The notes: generated by a model from the letters alone, not told the origin. Shown: positions 51,176-59,448, numbered from the stretch's first letter. The stretch: DNA of 64,000 nt from a virus (IMGVR_UViG_3300013126_000019:16689-80688), one strand, 5' to 3'. Numbers and translations are program-made.

Positions 51176-51280
51176 TTATAGGGCATTAAGGATCCGTTGC
51201 AAGAGACGTAGCACCTGCAACTGGAACCTATAGTTAGACTTTTTATTACCGTTAGTGTAATTACCGTTACCTAAACTCAT
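51176..51280 (-). CDS. 34-aa peptide paralogous to the N-terminus of the next gene
   Basis: Not in the ORF track: MSLGNGNYTNGNKKSNYRFQLQVLRLLQRILNAL. Confidence 0.7.
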   Translation of the reverse strand: MSLGNGNYTNGNKKSNYRFQLQVLRLLQRILNAL

Positions 51281-51297
51281 AGCTTGATGGTTTTAGA

Positions 51298-51780
51298 TTA
51301 TACGTACTGGCGAATTTCAATCACAATGGAAAGTAGATCATCACCTGTTGTGCTATCTGTTGGTTTCACAGCGCTTAGAGTAACTGCCCCTGATGTAGGT
51401 TCCGCTGAAACATTTACAGATAAAGCTGCGTTGTTAGTTACAAATACAGCCTCACTAACACCTGTTAAGTCTGTATTTGCAATCTCATATACACCTGGAC
51501 TGAGATATGTTGTTGACCATGTGCCTCCAATCTCATCTATTAGAGTAGTTTCAATAACAGGCGCTGCTGTATCAGCTTGCGTAAGAGTCATTACCGTAGA
51601 TTTATAACCTTTTGCTGAAATCATAAAGTCAGCAACAGTCATAACATAATTTTGGTATTTATCACCACGTTTTACAAACGTAGCATCTGCACCCAATAAG
51701 ATTAAATCTTTATCTGGGGTTTCTACTGTGGTTCTAGTGAACCCTTTCTTTACTAAGTAAAGCCAATTTAAAATGTCCAT
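51298..51780 (-). CDS. virion accessory protein
   Basis: 160 aa, T/V-rich beta domain ending IEIRQY. Confidence 0.55.
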   Translation of the reverse strand: MDILNWLYLVKKGFTRTTVETPDKDLILLGADATFVKRGDKYQNYVMTVADFMISAKGYKSTVMTLTQADTAAPVIETTLIDEIGGTWSTTYLSPGVYEIANTDLTGVSEAVFVTNNAALSVNVSAEPTSGAVTLSAVKPTDSTTGDDLLSIVIEIRQYV

Positions 51781-51833
51781 AGTTTTAGATTTTGAGTTGA
51801 TTATTCTATAAGACTAATATACAACAAACTAAC

Positions 51834-52088
51834 TTAACTTCCAAGGTTTAACCCTAGATAAGTTAAAAATGCCGTGTTAGGATCTTGTACAAGTAAAGAT
51901 ACAAAGTACTCGAGTTTGCTAGGATCCTGAAAATCCTGAATCATTTGAATATGCTCAGGTAATCCCCTTGGTGGCATTTCTTCGGTACCGGTAAGATCTT
52001 CAGATAAGATAAATACTATTACGTCATTACCTACAAGCACTTGAAGTTGCCAGTCCCCATTTTCTAGTTGTGTATAATTGTAATTCAT
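51834..52088 (-). CDS. hypothetical protein (possible fibre chaperone)
   Basis: 84 aa, TAATG-coupled to the fibre gene. Confidence 0.5.
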   Translation of the reverse strand: MNYNYTQLENGDWQLQVLVGNDVIVFILSEDLTGTEEMPPRGLPEHIQMIQDFQDPSKLEYFVSLLVQDPNTAFLTYLGLNLGS

Positions 52089-53089
52089 TAGCTTAACGAG
52101 AAATTAAATGAAACAGTAGTGATTTGTGCTGATGTAGCACCTCCTACCACGTTAGGATTTTTTGCTATGCAGTACAATCTATCGCCATTTGAAAATGATA
52201 CAGTTGTACCATCATCTGTTGCGTATACTCCTGCAGCACTACCTGCGGCAATAGTAACTTTAGCGCCTAAAACGGATGCCGTTGCATTAGCTACATAAAC
52301 TTGAAGACTATTTGTTGCTGGGTTAGCAGACCTTGTTATTACTCTCATTTTGCTTGCTACTCCAGCAGGCATTGGGTACCCGGGCATAAAAGCAGCTGCC
52401 GCACTACCATAATCACCTGCTGTAACAGCTACGGTAGCTACTGGTGTACCCCCTAAATAAATTGAACCTCTAGCCCCGTTTGTGATACCCGCTCCGTTAG
52501 CATTTCCAACAAAGACAGTAGTATTTGAAGTTTGATAAGTATTTGTATCTAAAGCAAATGTACCCGCAGCAGTCATTTTTACAAAAGGCGTGCCCGATAC
52601 CCAAGCAGGATAGTTAACAGCTGCCCACGTCCCTAGTGTTGGAGTCCCTGTAAGTTTACTATAAGCTAAACTTGTAAGCCAAGAAGGGTCAGCATAACTA
52701 CCTGAACTTAATAAATCTCCAACAGTCCAGGATCTATCTGCTGATAAATCGTAGCTTGTGCCGTTAATATTAAGAGTTCTTGATGTTGGAACATAGCCTG
52801 TTAAAGACGCTGATGTAATGTATCCAGCAGGGTTAGTTAGTGGGTAATATGTACTTGCAGCTGATGCAATAGTTAAATAACTAGATAGTGCTGCAGATGT
52901 AATATACCCTGCAGGGTTGCTAGCGTCATACTTTAAGTTAAGTGCTGTTTGTAAATCTGTTTGCGCAGATAAAGTACCTGTAATAGTACCCCATACAGCA
53001 GCACCAGGAGGAGATGTAGATAAAATATTATAGATCTCCTGGAGACGCTCTAGTGTAAGTAACTCAAATTTATTATTAGTAGCGGACAT
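52088..53089 (-). CDS. fibre protein
   Basis: WGTITGTLSAQTDLQ, duplicated NPAGYITSA and RTLNINGTSYDLSADRSW fibre motifs. Confidence 0.7.
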   Translation of the reverse strand: MSATNNKFELLTLERLQEIYNILSTSPPGAAVWGTITGTLSAQTDLQTALNLKYDASNPAGYITSAALSSYLTIASAASTYYPLTNPAGYITSASLTGYVPTSRTLNINGTSYDLSADRSWTVGDLLSSGSYADPSWLTSLAYSKLTGTPTLGTWAAVNYPAWVSGTPFVKMTAAGTFALDTNTYQTSNTTVFVGNANGAGITNGARGSIYLGGTPVATVAVTAGDYGSAAAAFMPGYPMPAGVASKMRVITRSANPATNSLQVYVANATASVLGAKVTIAAGSAAGVYATDDGTTVSFSNGDRLYCIAKNPNVVGGATSAQITTVSFNFSLS

Positions 53090-53523
53090 TACAATTGTAC
53101 AAATGCATTAAGAACATACCATGTGTCAACATTAGTAGGATTAGCCATTACTGTAACTGATCCTAATTGTCCCGGTGACCCAGGAGGATCTAATGTAAGT
53201 GTTGCATAATCTCCCTCATCAAAGGTGGTACTACCTACTGTATCTATAGTTAATGTATCAGCGGATGTATTTTTGATTACAATTGTCTGACCCAGTAAAC
53301 TATTGGTAGATGGTAAATACAAGTTTATGCCACCACCGGTAGTAGGTCCAACAACATTAATATATGTGATGTAACTAATTAATTCAGCGCATGATAAGCT
53401 GTAGTCGGTTAATCCCTCAGCAAAATAATCCAGAGTAATTACATTAGGTGCTCCTACTGGAGTAGATTTCACATTAGGTTTTGTAAATACGTTATTACTA
53501 AAAAAGTTATTATTTCCAGCCAT
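53089..53523 (-). CDS. fibre/spike-like beta protein
   Basis: LYLPS...GQTIVIKN...LTI...W motif. Confidence 0.5.
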   Translation of the reverse strand: MAGNNNFFSNNVFTKPNVKSTPVGAPNVITLDYFAEGLTDYSLSCAELISYITYINVVGPTTGGGINLYLPSTNSLLGQTIVIKNTSADTLTIDTVGSTTFDEGDYATLTLDPPGSPGQLGSVTVMANPTNVDTWYVLNAFVQL

Positions 53524-53813
53524 TATTTCAATCTTTTATTATTTCCTTTTCCATTACGAGCACGGTTAGTAGACCGCGATTCCTTAACCAGTTTACCCGA
53601 TTTAGTATGAGATTCATCTTTACCGTCTTTATTACCATAGGTCCCATCAGCTCTATTTGCCATATTTAACTGTGCCCGGTATTTGTTCCTCTCTGGTGTG
53701 CTGTGATACTCTTTATTATAGGCATTCTTTTTAGCACGTGCCTCAGGATGGCTAGCAAAATATTTAGCCGATTTAGACTTGCCCGTAGATTTTCCAGCTA
53801 GACTATTTCTCAT
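53523..53813 (-). CDS. small basic protein, HNH-like
   Basis: DGKDESH...STNRARN resembles a reduced HNH motif. Confidence 0.45.
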   Translation of the reverse strand: MRNSLAGKSTGKSKSAKYFASHPEARAKKNAYNKEYHSTPERNKYRAQLNMANRADGTYGNKDGKDESHTKSGKLVKESRSTNRARNGKGNNKRLK

Positions 53814-53894
53814 ATTATAAAGATATAAAATTTTTAGCTAAGTTACTGAAGTATAGAGTTTTTTTACTAAACTTGTATAAGATATCTAAAGCAT

Positions 53895-54896
53895 ATGCCT
53901 CAACTTTCACCTACTGGCAAACTTGCCAAACAGTATTTAAAGAAGTATCCTAAACTTCCTATCCTCACGATTGCCAAACTCATGTATTCTGAAAATGACC
54001 TACACTTTAATAGTGTTGAGCATGCAAGAAGTATACTTAAAAAACATGCTGGACTAGCAGGTGCAAAGTCTAGAAAAACGGTAGATGCAGAAGTGCAAAG
54101 ACAAATCAGTTATAACTATGCACCGTTTAACAACATCCCCAAATCATTTAAGTCTGGACCCAATATCTTCACGTTACCAAGTGATGCAAATAACATCCTT
54201 GTTCTTTCAGATATACATTTTCCTTATCATGATGAAGACGCTCTTGCAGCAGCAATACAATATGGAATTGACGAGCAGGTTAACACAGTACTTCTTGATG
54301 GTGATGTACTAGACTTTTATCAGTTATCACGATTTGATAAAGACCCTAGTAAACCTAAGCTAAAAACAGAGCTTGAACAAGGTAGATGGTTTATGGCAGC
54401 ATTACGTGAAACATTCCCTGATGCTAGAATCTATTATAAAGTTGGTAACCACGAGGATAGACTAGAAAAGTGGTTAAAGATTAAAGCTCCAGAATGGTTA
54501 GGTATGGAGGAGTTTGAACTTAAAATGCTACTACGCTTTGGTGAAAACCGCATAGAACTTATAGAATCTGACGCAACAATAAAAGCTGGTCATTTAAACA
54601 TCATACACGGTCATGAATACTTAGGAGGTGGTACAGTAAATCCAGCAAGAAATTTGTATCTTAAAGCTAAGGCCAGTACAATCTGCGGACACTTCCATAG
54701 AAAATCAGAGTTTGTTACCCGGGATATTAATAACCATATCCAAGGAGCATGGACAATGGGATGTTTATGTGAGTTATACCCAGAGTACATGAAAGGTCAC
54801 AGTGATTGGGTACACGGATTTGCGGTAGTCAAAGTAAACAAAGACGGGTCCTTCTCTGTAGATAACAAAATGATCATTGACGGTAAAGTAGTATAA
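53895..54896 (+). CDS. calcineurin-like metallophosphoesterase
   Basis: SDIH, GDVLD, GNHE, HGHE and GHFH motifs. Confidence 0.9.
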   Translation: MPQLSPTGKLAKQYLKKYPKLPILTIAKLMYSENDLHFNSVEHARSILKKHAGLAGAKSRKTVDAEVQRQISYNYAPFNNIPKSFKSGPNIFTLPSDANNILVLSDIHFPYHDEDALAAAIQYGIDEQVNTVLLDGDVLDFYQLSRFDKDPSKPKLKTELEQGRWFMAALRETFPDARIYYKVGNHEDRLEKWLKIKAPEWLGMEEFELKMLLRFGENRIELIESDATIKAGHLNIIHGHEYLGGGTVNPARNLYLKAKASTICGHFHRKSEFVTRDINNHIQGAWTMGCLCELYPEYMKGHSDWVHGFAVVKVNKDGSFSVDNKMIIDGKVV

Positions 54897-54898
54897 CT

Positions 54899-55120
54899 AT
54901 GGCAACAACTATTAAAGCAGGTATCTATATTGATCCACTAAGTGAGGATCAATCTACCCCGGATGTATATATAGATCATAGTATTATCCAGATCTATAGT
55001 CAAGAAGATATTTTAGTAGTTGAACTTACCTATGAAGAACTCCGGGGTATAATGGCCATCATGGCAGCAGAACAAGAAAAGACCCACTTAAGAATCCAGG
55101 CCATCAGTAGAAATAACTAA
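54899..55120 (+). CDS. hypothetical protein
   Basis: 73-aa ORF starting 2 nt after the phosphoesterase stop. Confidence 0.55.
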   Translation: MATTIKAGIYIDPLSEDQSTPDVYIDHSIIQIYSQEDILVVELTYEELRGIMAIMAAEQEKTHLRIQAISRNN

Positions 55121-55861
55121 GTCTCTCAGCTTAGACTTAAATATCATAAACCTGTAGTCATCTGACTTCAACCACTGGGTATAAGCATCCAAGACTCTTC
55201 TAGAATCTAGTGACCCCATACGTTGTGGATAGAAATACCATATTATAAGAAGAAAGCTGGAAATGATTAACAGGATTAATACCTTTCCTGAACGCCCTAA
55301 ATCTGATATAGTCTTCCCCATTAGCTTTAATTTCTAGAGCCTCAAACACTTCCATAAGGCTAGCTTGATCATCTTCTCTATAAGTCATAGGACAAATATA
55401 TAATAAATCTTCATATAAACACCCCCGGGTAATAAACTTTGTTGGGATACCCCCGGGGCATGGTGCGAGATCTATAATATGTAATGGCTTTTTAAATTTA
55501 TACTGTGGGAGAGAGTGTGGGTGGTCTTCTATAGCAACCACCCCGGCTCGCTCCGCTCGGGGGGTCACCCCCTGTCAAACGGCTAAGCATGCTCTCGCTT
55601 CACGCACACACCCACCCCCACCCCACAAGCCCACCGCACATGGCCATCTGCACGCTGTGCACTGGCGTCCTTCGGCCACCGCGCACACCACGCAGCTGTG
55701 CCATCTCCTGCCCGCACCTGCCCGCACTCGCTTCAAATCACACTCACCATCGCCAAGGCATATTTCTATATAGCGGTTTTCACTATTGTTATATAATATG
55801 ACCAAACGGTGTATGCAGGCTACCGACAAGTGTCTGCACTAACGGCTAAAACTTAATCACA

Positions 55862-56545
55862 ATGGAACAGAACTTCCAAGCCGTAATGCGTTTAGAAGAC
55901 CGACGCTCAACAAACGGGTCTTCACTTATCTGTCGTTATGCTTGTATTGGTGCAGGCTTAACTGAATTATTGTTAAACACTCTTGAAGCTGGTGCAAAGA
56001 CGCGCCTTGGCAACATTTGGGTATTTGACCCTAATTCAACAGACCCTCAAATTAGGGAACGGTCACTTGCAGACTGTGCGTGGTTCAAACGCGAGACAGG
56101 TGCAGACTTGACTCAATACCTACCTGCGGGCACACCAATCGTGCTGACCTCAACCGACACACCTGTCCACTATTTCCTCACGGGATACAAGGCAGATATG
56201 TCTATTGACGAGTCAGGGCGTACTTATCTATCTCAGCATCCTGACCTTGTGTCAAGAGATACCGAGATGCAAGCCATTTTCCGTGAACAGCGTAAGACAA
56301 TGCGTCTTGCAGGTCTGGACCGTGAAAAGGCTGACATTGCCATTGCTAACTCATTTATGTCTGTACTGACTGACGAGATTAAAGCAATGCGCAGTGTCAA
56401 GACACCTAAGGTCAACCTTTCTGAATTAGATTTCAGCAAGATAGACTTTGGTGCTGTCCCTGTCACACCACCTGCAGACAAGCAGGAAGACTTGAACTTG
56501 CCTGACTTCAGCACACCTGCTGATGACACAAAGGCAAAGGCCTAA
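55862..56545 (+). CDS. early hypothetical protein (227 aa)
   Basis: Follows the repeat element; acidic disordered tail; terminator downstream. Confidence 0.75.
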   Translation: MEQNFQAVMRLEDRRSTNGSSLICRYACIGAGLTELLLNTLEAGAKTRLGNIWVFDPNSTDPQIRERSLADCAWFKRETGADLTQYLPAGTPIVLTSTDTPVHYFLTGYKADMSIDESGRTYLSQHPDLVSRDTEMQAIFREQRKTMRLAGLDREKADIAIANSFMSVLTDEIKAMRSVKTPKVNLSELDFSKIDFGAVPVTPPADKQEDLNLPDFSTPADDTKAKA

Positions 56546-56564
56546 GTCCTTGGTGCAAAGAAAT

Positions 56565-56600
56565 CCTCGCATAGCCTTCGGGCTGTGCGGGGTTTTTTTT
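56565..56600 (+). terminator. intrinsic terminator
   Basis: CCTCGCATAGCC-TTCG-GGCTGTGCGGGG-T8 (cUUCGg loop). Confidence 0.9.
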
Positions 56601-56755
56601 CTCTGTCCACAGGCCTGGTCCACCCGATCCCCCCGCAATACGCTTCACACACACTCACCTTACTCATAGTGTGGCGCTTCGCGGTAATGATTATTTACTA
56701 TCACCTACACCTAAAGTGGTTACACTCTAATATGGAAAACTTAATACATACATAT

Positions 56756-57079
56756 ATGAACACAACTCGACCAATCTTATCCTGCGCGGGTAGAAAAGCA
56801 GTGTCTATTGACTCTGCTCTATTACAGGAACTCTTATTGAGTTTCAAACCTAACACCATTGGAATCAGAGAAAGGGCAAACCGATTAGGAAACTCCTTAT
56901 TTGCATTAGACTCTGGTGAATATGGTGATAAAAGCCTTGAAGCATTCAAGGAAATAATCACAACTGAGTTCTTATCTATCCAACTGATGGAGGCAAGCAA
57001 ACTTGCGAGACAGGGATCTGCGGATGCTGTTGCTGATGCACCATCAACGGATGATAGCGAGTACCATCTTGGTGCGTAA
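56756..57079 (+). CDS. early hypothetical protein (about 107 aa; start reassigned to MNTTRP)
   Basis: The track start at 56585 lies inside the terminator; an AT-rich leader precedes ATG 56756. Confidence 0.65.
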   Translation: MNTTRPILSCAGRKAVSIDSALLQELLLSFKPNTIGIRERANRLGNSLFALDSGEYGDKSLEAFKEIITTEFLSIQLMEASKLARQGSADAVADAPSTDDSEYHLGA

Positions 57080-57089
57080 CTCATTAACT

Positions 57090-57122
57090 ACAGGGTATCC
57101 CAATTGGGGTACTCTGTTTTTT
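57090..57122 (+). terminator. intrinsic terminator
   Basis: ACAGGGTATCCC-AATT-GGGGTACTCTGT followed by a T run. Confidence 0.8.
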
Positions 57123-57428
57123 ACTATAACCTCTCTCCAATAAACCAATATACTACTATGGTTGGAAAGCTAACTGAGTCTTGTATGTGGGATGGAGACA
57201 GACTAATATGCTGTAAATGAGTGTGTTAGTATTTTACCATTCTTGGAATCCTATGAGAGACACAAGGAGAGGGAAGGGCATGGAAATGCTTGTATGCGCG
57301 CTTCGCGCGCTTCTTTTCCCCCCGCGCGCTTTACGCAAACTCACTTTATTCAAGGTATTGCGCTTCGCGTGAGTGTTAACTCATATGCGTGATTACCAAC
57401 AAGTTAGGATATTATATAGATACATACA

Positions 57429-57992
57429 ATGTTAAAAGCAATTTACATTGGTAGTGGCGAGAAGGGAGTTTCTCGTAATTACAAGGTTACCGGTCCTACA
57501 ACCGAGTTAGTAGCATTTAAAGCTTGGAACTTAAGCCAAATTGGTAAAGATGGATTACCTATCTTACGCAAGTTCCCAGATGTACTTACTGTACCAAGCA
57601 AGCTTTATAATGAAGCCGGTGAGATTATTGGTGACAAGCCTTTATTCTTTACAGGTATTGTGCAAGCAAGACAATTGTTAGCGGGTGAGCGTATAGGCCA
57701 AACGGTCTATGAGTTAATTCCAAATGCCTATGAATCAGCTATTAAGGCTGTTATGGAGAGCGATGGAATTGAGGTTACCACAACATTGGTTAACTTGGGA
57801 GTTATTAATAAGGCAGAATTAGACTCTGCAACTTATGGGATGGCTCACGAGTTACCTTCAGGTACTGCAGTTCCCACTGTTGCAACGCCTACTTTGTCAA
57901 ATAACATTGATTTATCAATGCCAGAGACACCAGCTGATGAATCTAAGCCTGAAACCAAAGGTTCAGAGAAAAAAGACTACACAAAGTCTTGA
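57429..57992 (+). CDS. early hypothetical protein (187 aa)
   Basis: Follows the fourth repeat copy; disordered acidic tail like the 227-aa protein. Confidence 0.75.
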   Translation: MLKAIYIGSGEKGVSRNYKVTGPTTELVAFKAWNLSQIGKDGLPILRKFPDVLTVPSKLYNEAGEIIGDKPLFFTGIVQARQLLAGERIGQTVYELIPNAYESAIKAVMESDGIEVTTTLVNLGVINKAELDSATYGMAHELPSGTAVPTVATPTLSNNIDLSMPETPADESKPETKGSEKKDYTKS

Positions 57993-58641
57993 TAATCAAG
58001 TAGTTAAGAGTGAGTATGTGAGTGTTAAAAACCCACTGCTCACTCTCTAACTATCTGATTACCAGCACAAAAAGTACAAAAAGTTGAACATTATATGGCT
58101 AGCTATGATACGCACTATTAACTTTATTGGTAAACTCTATTCTCACATTGTCTCTATGTATTACTCTCTTAGAGATAGATACTACTATGTTAGATTTCAC
58201 ATAGTCAGGCTCCGGGGCGGAGTTTGCTACGGTTACTTCTCTGTTAGTGATGACCCCGATAATGTCATTGCTCTATAAGTGATACCTTTCACTAGTTTAA
58301 TCCTAGTCTAACTTTCACAGGTAAAACTTGTACTGATATACAGGTAATCCTATACTAGGTAGGTTCTTGGTTCCGTGGGTTAATCACCACGTTAAACAGC
58401 AGGATTATATGATACACTAATGTTTTTTTAAATCAAGTTGGAAAACAGAAGGTGATGCCTATAATCTAATAGGCTATGTGTATTTACCCAAAGGTCAGTC
58501 TATGGGATATTACTGAAGTAATAGTTACACGGATGATTGGTATAAGGACTTGACAAGTCTATCCAAAGGTAGTTTGAAATTACAGGTGTATGTCAAAACA
58601 CCACTAACAAAACAGTTGTATTGTATTACAGTACAACTGTT

Positions 58642-58834
58642 TGTATTAATGCACCATAACTTACTTCACAAGGGTAAGCAGTTGTAACAAACCTTCTTGA
58701 TAAACCTGAATAATTACAGGTCAAGGTAATGCTATGCTTGTCATAGATATACACAACGGACTCTATGAGTCTAAACTAGGTTAGGAAGTGATTCCTTATA
58801 ACCAATGTGTTACAACTGAGTGCAGAGTGGTACA
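58642..58834 (+). ncRNA. twister-ribozyme-like element 1 (type P1 variant with extended P5)
   Basis: P1 TGTAT/GTACA; TAA; P2 TGCAC/GTGCA; P4 CTTACT/GGTAAG; L4 TCACAAG; T1 TCAC:GTGG; GAG; P5 CAGTTGTAACA/TGTTACAACTG. Confidence 0.7.
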
Positions 58835-58888
58835 TAGTGTGCAAGAGACCGATTTTTGATTAAGTTTATCGGTCAGTGTTTAACTTAG

Positions 58889-58928
58889 AAACCGTGGGTG
58901 TTTAGCCGTGCCCACGGTTTTACTTTTT
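58889..58928 (+). terminator. intrinsic terminator-like hairpin
   Basis: AAACCGTGGG...CCCACGGTTT-TACTTTTT. Confidence 0.6.
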
Positions 58929-58977
58929 ACGGTTAGCTATATTGATGAGTAAACAAAAACAACTAATAATAACAACT

Positions 58978-59178
58978 ATGGCAGAAATTAAAGAAATCAC
59001 TATGTGCAAAATAACTCTTATTGAAGACATCAATAAAGTGCACAAGCTTAGTACAGGTACTAACATTAACGTAAATACATTTGATACTCTATATGATATG
59101 AATGTAGAGAGATTAGAGATACATTTGCAAATGGTAGTCTTTAAATACGAACTTATGAAACTTGTTAATGAAATGTAA
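58978..59178 (+). CDS. small protein, paralog of 62956..63192
   Basis: KITLIEDINK.H.L....FD.LYDM..E.LE..LQ is shared; A-rich leader before ATG 58978. Confidence 0.7.
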   Translation: MAEIKEITMCKITLIEDINKVHKLSTGTNINVNTFDTLYDMNVERLEIHLQMVVFKYELMKLVNEM

Positions 59179-59277
59179 CTTAACAACTAATAAGAAATAA
59201 AATACTCCGAGGGTGCAGTAATCGTCAACCACAGTAAATATGTGAGTTTGGGTTACTGTACCTACGAGTATACTATA

Positions 59278-59351
59278 TTGTAAAGTAAAGAATGTTAACT
59301 GCACTATAAACTAAATGGTATGTTACACAAACACATTCTGTATCTTTACAA
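59278..59351 (+). ncRNA. TROVE-associated hairpin RNA, unit A
   Basis: Outer stem TTGTAAAG/CTTTACAA; AGAATGT/ACATTCT-G; CTGCACTATA. Confidence 0.65.
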
Positions 59352-59356
59352 CCTTA

Positions 59357-59443
59357 TATTCTTACTCTTAAAGGAATAGTCTCAGCACTATAACTCTACC
59401 ATCTAAATAGGTTAAACAGTCCCTATTCTGCAGAGTAAGAATA
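59357..59443 (+). ncRNA. TROVE-associated hairpin RNA, unit B
   Basis: Outer stem TATTCTTACTCT/AGAGTAAGAATA; GGAATAG/CTATTCT-G; CAGCACTATA. Confidence 0.65.
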
Positions 59444-59448
59444 CAAAT

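Larger units (their letters stand above)
55596..57345 (+). repeat. dispersed early-region repeat (4 copies), putative promoter element
   Basis: 55596 CGCTTCACGCACACACCCACC; 55721 CCCGCACT-CGCTTCAAATCACACTCACC; 56632 CCCGCAATA-CGCTTCACACACACTCACC; 57321 CCCGCG-CGCTTTACGCAAACTCACT. Confidence 0.75.

Noticed and set aside
1172-51607. Short ORFs of the track nested antisense or out of frame in large late genes (e.g. 6152, 9209, 14912, 24448, 36610, 42133, 51284)
   Set aside because: Shadow ORFs fully overlapping well-supported genes, with no recognisable motifs or leaders.
55088-55829. ORFs 55088-55321, 55200-55568, 55575-55829 and 55589-55801
   Set aside because: They overlap each other or span the GC-rich repeat island. 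One short gene (e.g. from ATG 55388 after a TATATTTG box) may be real, but I cannot choose between frames.
58084-58278. 64-aa ORF
   Set aside because: Non-ATG start, atypical composition and overlap with strong hairpins; more likely non-coding.
58374-58410. Pistol ribozyme or preQ1 riboswitch (CGTGG..CCACGTTAAACAG; also CGTTAAATAG at 59521)
   Set aside because: It resembles the P1/A-rich strand only. The pseudoknot-GCG-P3-GU elements of pistol and the preQ1 loop consensus are missing.
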